Notes under the pieces: generated by a model
Told to the model about the DNA's origin: nothing
The model's input: the letters and a program-made list of their open reading frames with translations, nothing else
Databases searched by the model: none
In this document: positions 38,301 through 53,300 of the stretch, one piece after another
Numbering within the stretch: the stretch's first letter is position 1
Layout: each line of letters opens with the position of its first letter
Translations under genes and position numbers: made by a program
Assembly (NCBI GenBank): GCA_038087875.1
Contig: CM075980.1
Coordinates: 9,672,001 to 9,736,000, forward strand
DNA: 64,000 bases
Source of the DNA: Malacoraja senta
Taxonomy: Eukaryota
Direction: 5' to 3'

Positions 38301-41300
38301 TTTCCCAATCCTCTGGCTTCCGGCTACTCTTTGCTGTGTTATACATCTTTTCTTTTAGTTTTATTCTATCCCTAACTTCTTTTGTCAGCCACGGTTGCCT
38401 CCTACTCCCCTTAGAATCTTTATTCCTTTTTGGAATGAAATGATCCTGCGTCTCTCGGATTATGCCCAGAAATTCCTGCCATAGTCGTTCCACAGTCATT
38501 CCTGCTAGGATCCCTTTCCAGTTTACTTTGGCCAACTCCCCTCTCATGCCTTCATAGTCCCCTTTGTTCAACCGCATCACTGCCACTTCCGATTTAACGT
38601 TCTCCTTCTCAAATTGCAGGTTAAAACTAATCATATTATGATCACTACCTCCAAGTGGTTCCTTTACCTCGAGTTCTCTTATCATATCTGGTTCATTGGA
38701 CAACACTAAATCCAGAATTGCCTTTTCTCTGGTCGGCTCCATTACAAGCTGCTCTAATAATCCATCTCAGAGGCATTCTACAAACTCTCTTTCTTGGGGT
38801 CCTGAACCAACCTGATTTTCCCAGTCTACCTTCATATTGAAATCCCCCATCACCACAGTGGCATTACCTTTGTTACATGCCAGTTTTAACTCCTGCTGCA
38901 ACTTACACCCTACATCCGGGCTACTATTTGGGGGTCTGTAAATAACACCAATTAGTGTCTTCTTGCCTTTACAATTCCTCAACTCAATCCACAGTGACTC
39001 TACCTAGTCAGTCCCTATGTCTTCCCTCGCAAGGGACTGAATTCCATCCCTCACCAGCAGAGCTACCCCCATCCTCTGCCCACCTGCCTATCCTTTATAT
39101 AGAATGTATAACCCTGAATATTAAGTTCCCAGGACCGATTCTCCTGCAGCCACGTCTCAGTAATCCCCACAATGTCATATCTACCAACCTGTAACTGAGC
39201 CTCAACCTCATCTACTTTACTTCTTATACTTCGCGCATTCATATACAATACTTTTAATTCCTTACGCATCTCACCTTTCACATCGATCCCTATTACACTT
39301 GGCCATACTCTCCTATCCCTTTGTGAGCTTCCTTTCCCATTAATTCTGGGGTCATTAACCCTCCCTTTACTCTCTTTCCCTTTAACTCCATCCTCGACTA
39401 TCCCATTTGACACCCCACCCTTATTCAGTTTAAAACCACCCGTGTAGCAGTGGCAAACCTGCCTGCCAGAATACTGGTCCCCCACATGAGGATCAACGTT
39501 GTGCCAATGAAAGTCAAAGAAGCCATTATGAGACTAAGAAGCAAGAATGGAACTGTTGGAGACATCAGCCAAACCTTAGGCTTACCAAAATCAACTGTTT
39601 GGAACATCATTAAGAAAGAGAGCACTGGTGAGCTTACTAATCGCAAAGGAAATGGCAAGCCAAGGAAGACCTCCACAGCTGATGACAGAAGAATTCTCTC
39701 GACAATAAAGAAAAATCCCCAAACACCTGTCCGACAGATCAGAAACACTCTTCAGGAGTCAGGTGTGGATTTGTCAATGACCACTGTCCGCAGAAGACTT
39801 CATGAACAGAAATACAGAGGTTACACAAGAAGCAAACCACTGGTTAGACGCAAAAATAGGATGGCCAGGTTACAGTTTGCCAAGTACTTAAAAGAGCAAC
39901 GACAGTTCTGGAAAAAGGTCTTGTGGACAGATGAGACTAAGATTAACCTATATCAGAGTGATGGCAAGAGCAAAGTATGTAGGAGAGAAGGAACTGCCCA
40001 AGATCCAAAGCATACCACCTCATCTGTGAAACACGGTGGTGGGGGTGTTATGGCCTGGTCATGTTATGGCCTGGGCATGTATGGCTGCTGAAGTACTGGC
40101 TCACTTATCTTCATTGATGATACAACTGCTGATGGTAGTAACATCATGAATTCTGAAGTGTATCGACACATCCTATCTGCTCAAGTTCAAACAAATGTCT
40201 CAAACCTCATTGGCCGGCGGTTCATTCAACAGCAAGACAATGATCCCAAACATATTGCTAAAGCAACAAAGGAGTTTTTCAAAGCTACAAATGGTAAATT
40301 CTTGAGTGGCCAAGTCAATCACCCGATCTGAACCTAATTGAGCATGCCTTTCATATGCTGAAGAGAAAACTGAAGGGGACTAGCCCCCAAAACAAGCATA
40401 AGCTGAAGATGGCTGCTATACAGGCCTGGCAGAGCATCACCAGAGAAGACACCCAGCAACTGGTGATGTCCATGAATCACAGACTTCAAGCAGTCATTGC
40501 ATGCAAAGGATATGCAACAAAATACTAAACATGACTACTTTTATATACATGACATTACTGTGTCCCAAACATTTTGGTGCCTTGAAATGGGGGTGGGGAG
40601 GGGGGGTGGGAAGGGGACTATGTATAAACACTGCTGTAATTTCTACATGGTGAAACCAAAATGTATAAAAATGGCCTTTATTAAAATCTGAGACTGTGCA
40701 CTTTAACCACATATGTTTTTTTTCTAATACAAATCTCAAATTGTGGAATACAGAGGCAAATAAATAAATGATGGGTCTTTGTCCTAAACATTATGGACAG
40801 CACTGTGAGTCAGGGAGTGCCTGTGTTTAGCTGGTGCAGCACAGTACACAAAAGTTCAAATTCATACACAATTGCCTTGTACCAATTTTCTCCGGCTTCA
40901 TGCATCAAATTACTACAAAGTAGCTTCACATTAACAGAAAGAGTCTTAGTTTGCTTACGATCTTCTTTTAGCAAAGCAAAAGGCAACTCTAAGAACTCAA
41001 ACCCAATTAACCGATTTGTGGAGAAGATAAAAATGATCTGCGGATGAAAAGGTTTGTATTTGGAAAACAACACTGAACCATCTGAAAATGGTTATCAAAA
41101 TTGCAGCAGGATCTCAATACTTTGGCCATGTGGGCTGAGGAATGGTTGATGGAATTTAAAACAGAGAAATGTGAGGTGTTGGATTTTGGAAAGTCTAACC
41201 TGGGCAGGACCTACACAGTGAATGGTAGGCATCTGGGAAGTGTTGCAGAACAGAGAGATCGAGGAGTGCAGGTACATAGTTCCTTGAAGGAGGCGTCACA

Positions 41301-44300
41301 AAAGGATGATGGGGTGGTCAAAAAGTATTTGGGTACATTGGCCTTCATCAGTCAGAGTATTGAATATAGAAGTTAGGAGGTCATGTTGCAGTTATACAAG
41401 CTGTTGGTGAGGCCGCATTTGGAGTATTGTTGTGTTCATTTCTAGACACCATGTTATAGGAAAGATGTTGTTAAGTTGAAAAGGAAGATTTACAAGGATG
41501 TTGCGAGGATTTGAGGGTCTGAGCGAAAGGAAGACGTTAGGCAGGCTGTGACTATTCCCTGGAGCGCAGGGAGGATGAGGTGTGATCTCATAGAGGCGTA
41601 TAAAATCATGAGAGAAATAGATTGGGTAGATGCATTGTCTTTTGCCCAGCTTAGGGGAATTGAGAACCAGAGGGCATAAGTTTAAGGTGAAGGGAAAAGA
41701 TTTTATCGGAATCTGAGGGGTAACCTTTTCAAACAAAGGGTGGTGGGTATACGGTACAAGCTGCTGAAGAAGGTCGTGGAGGCTGGGACTATCTCAACAT
41801 TTAAGAAGCAATTATACAGGTACATGGATAGGACGGGTTTAGAGCGATATGGGCCAAATGCAGGCAAGTGGGACTAATGTAGATGGGACATGTTGGTCGG
41901 TTTGGGGAAGTTGGGTCGAAGGCCTGTTTCCACACTGTATGACTAACACTGTATTCAACTAGTTACTATAACTCAATTTCATAGCATTCGCCCCTTTACA
42001 CCTGTGCTGCATTTCTGAAAGACCTATAGAATTAGTCCCACTTTTTCCACTCTTTCTCCTCAGTTCTACTACTTCATTTTCAAAGTATACCCACGTCCTT
42101 TTTGGAAATTAATGTAGAACCTTTCCACCATTCTCCCAAAAATGTACTTAGATCATTTTATCTAACAAAGTTGATATTATTTGATCAAATAAAGTTTTAA
42201 TCTTCCCTCGTTCATTCATTTTATCCACAATCTGCCACAAGAAATACCTACATTTTCTGAAATCCTTCTCCAGATTGGATCTGAAGAAGGGTCCTGCTGC
42301 AGAACAGCGTCAATCCATTTTCCTCTCCAGAAGCCGACTGACCCACTGATTTACACCAGCAGTTTTTGTGCTCAAGATTCAAGCATCTGCAGTCTCTTGT
42401 GACTCCTTATTATCCTCTTCAATAACCTGCATAAATCTAAATTCTAATAAATTCCCCTTTAGCCTCATTTGCTCCAAGGAATATATTTCACGAATCTGAA
42501 TAGTTAATACAAGCTACGCACCAAGAATGACTGGATGTGGTGTTTGGCAAGTTGTAAGTTTCAAGTGGAAATTCATTTCTCAAGTAACTGAAGTAGAACA
42601 AGACTAAATGTCCACATAATAAAGATAAATAATTATTGATTGGGACACTAAGCAGAATTCCTATTTATTGCACCACTAGAATTTTCTTCTCTTTTTTAAT
42701 TAAACTCCAATGGTTGGGAAGCTTCATTTAGATTTGCCGGGTAAATAAAATATCGAATGGTGAGCTACAGTATGTGACATGATGGTAGAGAAGAAAACTT
42801 GAGTTCAGAACAGTGGCATTTCACAATTCACACGCCTGTTGCTTAACCATGACGTTACTATAGCAGATGGAAGAGGAAGTGCTTGTTTATCTCAAGCTGA
42901 TTTGACTCCAAGGAAACAGATGTACAGGAAAAGGCAACAGAAACTAAGACTATTGTGACAAAACATTAAGTGTAAAGTTTTTATTTTAGTTCGCTCAAGT
43001 CCCTGCTCAGGTTTCAGTACATCCAGGTGCAGCTGACAAAACAGCTCGGGGAACATTCAATGGCTCAATGTTTGCATATTACAACCGTGCTAAGAAATTT
43101 AGAGAAATTATTAAATTATTAAAATAATAATTTAAAAAAGCATTCCAAGGCAAAGAAAAAGATGCATTTCTATCTTTTGAATACTGCCATTTTCAAGATA
43201 TCCTCCCACTGCTCTCCCCCAGCCCGACCTAATCAACATCCTGGGAGTCATGACCAACCAAAAGAATAAACTGGATCAGCCATGATCATACAGTGGTGAC
43301 GAGAGCAGATCAGAAGTTGAGTATTGTCTAGTGTGTGATTCACCAAACACCCAAAAGCTTTTCCACTGTCCACAAGTCACAGTCACAAGTCTGAGGGAAC
43401 ACTCTGCAATGGCCTGGATGAGTGCAACTTCAATACCATTGAACAAATTTAACATCATCAAAGACCATGAACATTGATCAGTATCGCATCCACAACAGTA
43501 AACCTCCAGGTATTATTTTAAAATGCAATAGCAAATTCATAAAACAGCAAATTTATTAAAATGTCTTCACGCAAAGGTTGTGGGAATGCAGTACTCCAAG
43601 ATGGCCATGGAAACTGAATAAATGGGGGAATAGGTTACTTGTGCCAAACTATAAATGTGTTCTTTTTGTCAATCTGTCTCTTTAAATTATAAAATGATAC
43701 AGAGACGTTTCTAGACCCAAATAGCAGACATAAAGGTACCTCGTGATTGCAGCCTTTACAGCTCATTACAAAAGGGGCCACATTTCAATTTCAATAAATA
43801 TGATACTGAACGGCTCAATATTTTGTACATTTTCTACAACAAATAACACCCACTTCTGCAATATTACCCATACTTGTCCCCACGTTTTATATGCTGCTGA
43901 ACCCGAATGCGTAATTATATAATCTCCAGACGTGACTACTTCAACTATTCCCCTATAAATTACGTCTCCCCTATACTGCCACATACATTCTCTCCCACAT
44001 TTTGCCCTTTTTGCCCAACAACTCTCCTGCTAAGCTAAGGTTTATTCCCAACCCTCCAGAACATCAATATTAAAGACCTATCCATGGATTTATGTCTCAG
44101 AACAAAGACCCCTCCTCCTCTAGGACTTTTTTTTAAAAAGAAAGGCGGGAGAGAGGGAATTATAGACCAATTAGCCTGACATCGGTGGTGGGGAAGATGC
44201 TGGAATCAATTATAAAAGATGAGATAGCCGAACATTTGGATAGCAGTAACAGGATCGGTCTGAGTCAGCATGGATTTACGAAGGGGAAATCATGCTTGAC

Positions 44301-47300
44301 TAATCTTCTGGAATTTTTTGAAGATATAACTAGGAAAATGGACAAGGGAGAGCCAGTGGATGTAGTGTACCTGGACTTTCAGAAAGCATTTGATAAGGTC
44401 CCACATAGGAGATTAGTGGGCAAAACTAGGGCACATGGTATTGGGGGTAGAGTGCTGACATGGATAGAGAAGTGGTTGGCAGACAGGAAACCAAGAGTAG
44501 GGATTAACGGGTCCCATTCAGAATGGCAGGCAGTGACTAGTGGGACCGCAGCTATTTACAATATACATCAATGATTTGGATGAAGGGATTCAAAGTAACA
44601 TTAGCAAATTTGCAGATGACACAAAGCTGGGTGGCAGTGTGAACTGTGAGGAGGATGCTATAAGAATGCAGGATGACTTGGAGAGGTTGGGGGAGTGGGT
44701 AGATGCATGGCAGATGAAGTTTAATGCGGATAAATGTGAGGTTATCCACTTTGGTAGCAAAAACAAGAAGCAGATTACTATCTAAATGGCGTCAAGTTGG
44801 AAAAAAGGGAAGTACAACGGGATCTGGGGCTCCTTGTACATCAGTCTATGAAAGTAAGCATGCAGGTACAGCAGGCAGTGAAGAAAGCGAATGGCATGTT
44901 GGCCTTTATAACAAGAGGAATCGAATATAGGAGCAAAGAGGTCCTTCTGCAGTTGTACAGAGCCCTAGTGAGACCACACCTGGAGTATTGTATGCAGTTT
45001 TGGTCCCCTAATTAGAGGAAGGACATTCTTGCTACAAGGTTAATTCCCGGGATGGCGGGACTGTCATATGCTGAGAGAATGGAGCAGCTGGGCTTGTACA
45101 CTCTGGGGTTTAGAAGGATGAGAGGGTATCTCATTGAAACTTATAAGATTGTTAAGGGTTTGGACAAGCTTGAGGCAGGAAACATGTTCCAGATGTTGGG
45201 GGAGTCCAGAACCAGGGGCCACAGTTTAAGAATAAGGAGTAAGCCATTTAGAACGGAGACGAGGACATTTTTTTTCTCACAGAGAATGGTAAGTCTGTGG
45301 AATTCTCTGCCTCAGAGGGCAGTGGAGGCAGGTTCTCTGGATGCTTTCAAGAGAGAGCTAGATAGAGCTCTTAAATATAGCGGAGTCAGGGGATATGGGG
45401 GGGAGGCAGGAACGGGGTACTGACTGGGGATGATCAGCCATGATCACATTGAATGGCAGTGCTGGCTCGAAGGGCCGAAGGGCCGAATGGCCTACTCCTG
45501 CACCTATTGTCTATTGTTTCTGCCAATATTTCACATTAAACCTGCTTCCCCGAGCCTGGCCTTTTACAACCACATTCCTTTTTGTTTGCCATCTGCCTTT
45601 TCTACTGTCTACAACTTCTGCTTTAAACTTTATAGTATTTGAACCTCCCTCATTTTTAAAACTTATTCCAACCCATCGCTTCCAGTGTTTTATTTTCCTA
45701 AATGTTCCCTTCCTAGTTCAACATCCGTTTCCTTTCTTTTGATGGATGGCAGAGATTTTTTAATTTTGAAACCACAACATAAAATTAATATATTGTTATC
45801 ATTCTTGTGAATGATTAAGGCTGTCTAGCCATTAAGGCAACAGTAAATGAAGAATGAAAGCACTTACTTTATGGGTACTAAAAATACAGAGAATTAACAA
45901 CAAATCTGCAAAAAATACAGAGGAGAAGGTGGGCCAAACAGTTCAGCCTTGCTCCTAATGAGCTGCCATTTTGCATTAGCTAAGAGAACTATGTGGGTGC
46001 AGTTCACAAAAAATATCAGGCTGAGTTGAGAATAGCCTTTGTTCACCTCTGCTTTTTACTGCGCATGTGCAGTTCCAGACCAGAAAATTCCCATTACCTT
46101 CCAAATATCTGTTTCAATCTGATCTAAAATATATTAAACCAAAGAGAACCAAAACGTGAACTGTGCTGGTTGTGAGGAGAATATAAATGCTTTACAAAGT
46201 TTGGACAGTCAAGGGAAACAGTAATTTGTTAGCAAACCAGAGTAATCTCTATGTGTAGGAAAGAAGATGCTGCCTGTCCTGCTGAGTTATTCCAGCATTT
46301 TGTGTCTACCTAAGAGTAATCTCTATGAGAGTTCCGTGATTCCACTCACACCCACTTTTGCAGTTAGTACATTTTGTTTGCAGCCTCACAGCTGGTCCAA
46401 TACCTGATAATATAGTGATCAGAGATTCATCCTTGACCAACACAGTCTGTTTCTTTGCATCCCTGGAAGAACAAGGAAACATGTAATGCAATTACGTTCC
46501 CAGTTTGCATTCACTGCTGACCGAATTGAGAAGCAGAAACCTTTTTCAGATCTGTCGCCATCAAATTAATGCTTAAAGCTGTTCCAATCCAAAACACCAA
46601 AGTCTTGCCAACAATATTTTTCCCTTAACGATTTCATGTCTTTGGATACATTGTTGCTTTCTTAACTTTTTTCCACCCATAAAATATTCCAATCACCTTC
46701 TAGAGATTCTACTCTCCACCTCTGATATTTACACGTCTATTTAAAAAGCTTCATTCTCTATTGAAAAATGGAAGGCAGAATCAATTTATGTCTGTAAAAA
46801 TTATACATGTGTTTGAAACGGAAGGTCACCCTCCTCAATAATCCAGATTGTTCAAATCCGAGACATTTGAAAAACTTAAAATGAAACTACTAACATGAAA
46901 AATATTTGATAAATTAAAAAATATAATTTTATTTCAAAACACATTGAAAAGTTGGTATCATAAATATAAACACACATTAAGAAAAATATATTTAAAAAAC
47001 ATGCCCCCTCCTAGTTGTGCCTACAATGCATGCCATACAGCTGAAAGTCAGATAAGAGGTTTTTCCAAACTCTAGGCTGAGCAATTTACAGAATGCCTTT
47101 CAGTCAAAAGAAAATGGAGCAGCAGATCAAGAGATTCGATATGCGTGCATCTAAGCTCCAGCATATTCCTGACTTTCGCACTGCAGTGCAACGGCAGGGA
47201 GTCTGGTGTTCGATACTACAGTCACTACTGCAAATCAGCGGTTCTCTAAAGACCCACTGGCGAGCTGTCAACACGACGCAGTTGACCACAGACATCACAC

Positions 47301-50300
47301 TCCCACTATCCCATACCCCAGGTGTAACCCATTTTGATGGGCATTTTCCCTGTTGTTTTTACCCGGAGGCACGCACTTACCAGACAGAGAGTGTGGCAGT
47401 AGCCATTAGCGCCATCACAAAGTGACTTGCACAATGCAACGTGGAGATAGGCGACTGGAGGAGAATGGCTGGCAGCAACCGTCGTCCACTTGCTGAAAAC
47501 ACAGACACCATCCGCTCCTCGCATGCAACACTGACAAGGTCACTGCAAAAAAGAGATGGATTAGGGTGAGCCTGGGACTACAACAGTTAGTGAAAACATC
47601 CACAGCAACAAATTCCCAGAAACTCAGACTGGCAACTGTGCTGGGGCAGGGTTAGATAGGAGGGAAAAGGGTAATGAACTACTCAGTGTCCAGGGAGAGG
47701 AACCATGGCTTGATCTGAAGAGGAAGAGAGAACAGCAGATAAAATGAAAAAAGAAAGCAGCAAAATAGAACGAAAGAGATAAAAACAAATTTACTAAACA
47801 AAAATGACAAGGGATGGCAAGATCAATACATTTATATTTGGATTAATGGATGATCAGGAAAAATCCGAGACTAATGAACTGCAAAGAGCAAGTAGTGAAT
47901 CCCAAATATAACATTAAGGAAAGATATATTTGCCTCGGAGGGAATGTGCTCAAGAAACTCAACACATTGCAGGACAGAACAGGCTACTTGACTTGCAGCT
48001 ATCCATCAGCCGACACAATTATTGTCTCTACCACCATCACACCATGGTGGCAATGTGTGTCATTTACTCATCTAGAATACACCAACAGCATTGAGACAGA
48101 GCAATACTGCACAGAAGCAGGTCCTTTGGCCCACTGAAACCACTTTGAGCTGTCAGCATGATGTAGTTAACTAATTTCATATACATCCCACTCCCATACT
48201 GTCCATCAACCAGCACCTTACACCAACTCCCCACTTCCTTATCGACGGCAAGCGATTCACAAGCATGCGATCACCATCAACACTTGTAAGTTCCAGTCCA
48301 AGTCAACCATCCTCACTTAGACATATATTGCTATTCATTCATCATTGCCCTTAGAGGATTTGAGTGGTATCCTCACCAGTAGGATATGTTGCAATTCATC
48401 ACAATCTTCATGAAGACTGTTAGGGATGGGCAATAAATGCTGTTTAACAACAATAGATGTTATTAAGCTAGGAAGAGTGCACTATTTATGAGAGTGTTGC
48501 CAGGACATGAGAGCCTGAGCTATAAAAGAGAGGTTGGGCAGGCTAGGACTTCATTTGTTGGAGCGTAGGAGGATGAGGAATGATCTTGTAGAGCTGTGCA
48601 AGATCATGAAGGGAATAAATAGGGTAGATATACAGAACAGGGGAATCAAGAACCAGAAGACATGGGTTAAGGCGAGAGGGGTAAGATTTAATAGTAACCT
48701 GTGGGGCAAGCTTTTCCACACGCAGAGCGGTTCGGATATGGAACCAGCTGCCAGAAGAGGAAGTTGAGGCAGTTACTATAACAATATTTAAGAGACTTTA
48801 GACATAGATAGGAAATGTTTAGCGGGATATAGGTCAAAAGTGGGCAACTGGGAGTTAGTGTAGATGAGACATTTTGGTCAGCATGGGCAAGTTCAGCCAA
48901 ATGGCCTGTTTTCATGCTGTATGATTCTATGACTGTGTAATTTAAGTTGTGCTATTTGTGGCAGTGCATAAACTGAACGGGTGTCATTGAAGGGTGCACA
49001 TTCACAAATCTGCTGCTACAGGAATATAAGCACACAAAATTACATTGGTTATCTGCATGGGAAGTTGGCTCTCATGGAAATGAATTGAGAGACTGGCATT
49101 TACACCAAATTCTGGACTCTTCACACAAAATGCAACATGAAAACCAAACCATTTTCGAATTGACAAATTAAAAAAGTCCTATTGCTTCTGTCCAAAATTA
49201 CAAGCCAACAATTAGATGAAATATTCTTATCTTACACATATAACAACATAGCACATCATACATGAGGCTTCTGTCAACAGCTTTATGTATTATGGAGGCC
49301 AAAGGTTCAAGATTTGTACCTCACAGCAGAATCACTCTAGCCTGAGACCTATGCACTAAACTACCAAGTGTATTTTTAATATGCAGAATTATTTCTGTTC
49401 TTTCAGGTTTTCTTCATTTGGGTTTAGGTAACTTATCATTATTTGCCCATTTATATGAATTATTGAGGATAGAGTTCTAGAGAGCGACTACAATATTTCT
49501 CACAGAACATCATTGTTGAAAGAGGTCTAAAAGGCAAAAGCTAGAAACACTAAATTTAGATATAATAATTACGTTGAATAATGGACTCACAGAAATGATC
49601 AGTGCGTCTGTAGTCTCCAAGTAAGATCATTCTGTATAAAAATATTTAACTCTAAGTTTTTTTAAGAACATTCCAGTTGCTGAGGAAACTTTTCTCTGAA
49701 ACTCAGTTCATTTCTGAGAATCTCCATTCAGTAGATGAAATTTTCCTTCTGAAATTCCTGTGCTTGCAGCTCAAAGGGTCAATGTAAACAGTAATATGTT
49801 TTTTTTTAAATCACATGCATGAATAAATCACATCAACGTTACTACTTATTCCAGAATCTTAGAGCACAATGCAACGCCACTCAATTAATTGTCTCTGTGT
49901 CAGTGATATTGGCAAGCTGCCCATCAGAGGACATTGGATGATCTTTGCATCAAAAATACCCTTCATATTCCTACTTTAAATGAGTTGACATCATTTTTCC
50001 TCATATGGCACACAGTTTTGTTTAAACCAGTCTTAACCTGAAACATTTGCTAAATAAAGCATGGAGCAAGTGAGAACGCAGACCAGCTGCATCTTACACA
50101 GTCGCCCTTTGGAACTCTCCCAGTGTTTAAAGTTTTGTTTCACTTTTTGCCAAGCCTCTGCAGCAAGAACAGATGATCTACACCACACAGTAAAGAGTTG
50201 TCCCATGTTAGGTTCACTTGGAACCGTCTTGAACAAATTCATACTTATAAGGATGTTTATCATCAGACTGCAAAAAGCCCTAAAAAATGTTGGTTGTGTC

Positions 50301-53300
50301 CCAGTATTAGACATTAAGGTTTATTTTTCCCTTCACGTTATTCCCAAGTTGGGGGGGGGGGGGGGTTACTGATTCTCCCACAATGCATTGCAACCACCCA
50401 GCACCAATCATACAGACAAAGCAAACACTTAAGTACCTTTGTAAACCAAAATTCAGAACATGCTAACAGTCTCATTAATTAAACACAAACTATATAACTT
50501 AAAATGTTAACATATTACGCTATAACTATTATAACACCAAAATTACATATCAGCAGCTTCCATAAAAGGAGACTGACAATAACTTTGCACATTATTTGAT
50601 TGTCAAATAATATTAAAATTAAGGTATCATTAATGGCACACAAACCTCACACAGATACGAGGCTGCTACACTGCAAGTCTTAACAGCCTGGCTACGGATT
50701 GCATGCATCTCCACCATAAAAACTAAAAGGTTAACTACTTTAAGCAGAACTACAAATAAATATGAAAAATCTCCCTTCATAAGCTCCATGAACAAAATGA
50801 ATGGTTGACAAGATCAGTGGTGCACAGTCATTCAGTCTTCCCCAGAGCCAACAATCACCAGTTCTCTAAATCAACTCTCAGATTTCTCACCACTGGACTT
50901 TCCCAAAGAGCTCACACTCACCAGCTTCCAGCAGCAGTGAGGATTCGACTGGTTAGTAGTGTGTCCCATTCTTTGCCTTCTCTCATGCACTTTAGCCGGC
51001 TGAGTTTCCACCCCGTTACTGTTGGAACGTCATTTTCCACCTCTATGTACATGGCTGGCTCAGTGCTCACCTAGAATTCATTAAAGTACAAAACTTACTT
51101 TATACACATAGAAAATTGAATTAAATTCTCTCAGCTCACGTATTCTATCACCGTAAACATTTTTCTAAATAAATCTCTCATTCCCCCATTTGAATTTTGT
51201 AATTACAGCACGCCCTGAAGAGCTGTTCTTGGAGTTTGCAACAGGGAGAATGTTATTTTCTTTATGCTAATACTCTAAAAGATTTTAAACAATTAAGCTA
51301 ACCGAACAATGAAGCAATATCCGTCCATCTCCAGTAGAGGGCTCCAGTACCTTCTCCACAAAGCGAGCAGAAATATTCCTGACGCACATGATGTTGGGTA
51401 AGTTAATATTAACTTGAGCCATGGTCGCTTATGTAACATTCTTGTATTTCAGGCTTAAACAGGCCATTGCAATAAAAGGGCTTGTAAAAGTCTGAAGTAG
51501 CATTTAGAAACACTGGTCCCAGACAATGCCATCTCTTACCTGTATGTTAAATGCTTTCTTTGGTGTCGGTGTCGGGAGTTTAAATACTATGACAGGGGCC
51601 GAGACACGTGAAACCTCTTTTTCTGTTGAGGGAGCAGGCTGAAATAGAAGTATAAAGTTCAGCAGAACTTCATTCAATATTTGACTTCAGTCAAGATCGA
51701 TTGTGTAAATGAAGAGTAGAAATCAGTGAAAAGGCAACAATGGCACTACCCTCACAGCACTGTCTTCATCCTGAGATCACAGGAGCCAGTTCCATTCACT
51801 CCAGATGAGAGAAAGAAACAGCTGGCAGAACTAGGTACAGCAAAGGTCACAGGACCAGATAATTGTAGTATTGAAGACTTCAAAATTAGCTGCACCTCCA
51901 GCCAAGCCAAGCCAAGCTGCTCCAGTATTGTTACAGCTCTGGTATATACCAGACAAATGCCCATGTATGTCCTGTTCAACGAAGCAGCATTAATCCAATC
52001 CTATTACTTACCATCCAGTCAGTCTACTCTCAGTCATCAACAAAGTGATGAAAGATGATATCGACACTGCAGCGCCACTTACTCTCCAGGACCCTCCTCA
52101 ACGATACTCTGTTTCCCAGTTTTAAGACAAATTACTGCCTTGGACAAAACATAACCAAAGAGCTGAATTCCAGAGGCGAGTTGAGGATGATCACCCTCAA
52201 TAATCACGCACATAAATGGGCATCAAGGGAAGAACATTCCAATGATTGGACACATTTTGCCGTATTGTTGTTGGAGGTTAATCATCCCAGTCCCAGAACT
52301 GCTACTAGAGATCTCCAGAGCAAGTTACTCAAGACAGTGCTCTAGGGCCAGCCATCTTCTGCTGCTTTAGCAGTGACCTTCCTTCCACTACAACGTTAGG
52401 ATTGACTACATTCACAGATACGCTGTTTGAGCCATTCAAAACGAGTCAATTAATGAGTCGTGCATGGATCAAACATTGTGCAATCATCAATAAGTCCATA
52501 TGTACTTCATGATCTAGACAATGTTCAGGCCAAGTAACATTAATCACACAAAACAGGTTTATCATCGATCCTGGATATTTAATGGCTTTCTATCATAGCA
52601 CATTGGGAGGTGGGGTGAGGGGGTTAAAGAGGTCCAGAATTCTCTTCATTAACCTGGACGGCGCAGCTCCAGCAATGCTCAAACAGTTCAACACCATTCA
52701 AGACAAAGCACTTGACTAACAACCCACCCACCATCTCACCACTTAAACATACATTCCCTCCATCACTGACGCACAGCAACTACAATGTGTACCATCACTT
52801 AAGATGCCCACCAGGCTGCTCCACCAGCATGTTCAAAACTTACAACCTCTGACTTGGAAGTGAATTGCTATTCCTTCATTGCCACTTGCTCTAAATTTCA
52901 GAATTTCAGCAGTTGAACAAAGGGGACTACAGTTGAACAAAGGGGACTATGAAGGCATGAGAGGGGAGCTGGCCAAGGGACACGGGTGAAATTATTATGC
53001 GCAACAAGGAAATGGCAGAAGAGTTGAATAGGTACTTCGGATCTGTCTTCACTAAGGAAGACACAATCTCCCAGATATACTGGAGGACAGAGGATCTAAG
53101 GGAGTAGAGGAACTGAAAGAAATTTTCATTAGGCGAGAAATAGTATTGGGTAGGCTAATGGGACTGAAGGATGATAAATCCCCTGGGCCTGATGGTCTGC
53201 ATCCCAGGGTCCTCAGGGAGGTGGCTCTAGAAATAGTGGACGCATTGGTGATAATTTTCCAATGTTCAATAGATTCAGGATCAGTTCCTGTGGATTGGAG

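Larger units (their letters stand above)
36017..40805 (+). mobile_element. Tc1/mariner DNA transposon (IR-DR type), inactive, interrupted by a CR1
   Basis: Left end TA|CAGTGCCCTCCATAATGTTTGGGACAAAGAC; right end GTCTTTGTCCTAAACATTATGGACAGCACTG (40775-40805). Inner direct repeats at about 36212-36237 and 40559-40582. Confidence 0.92.
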
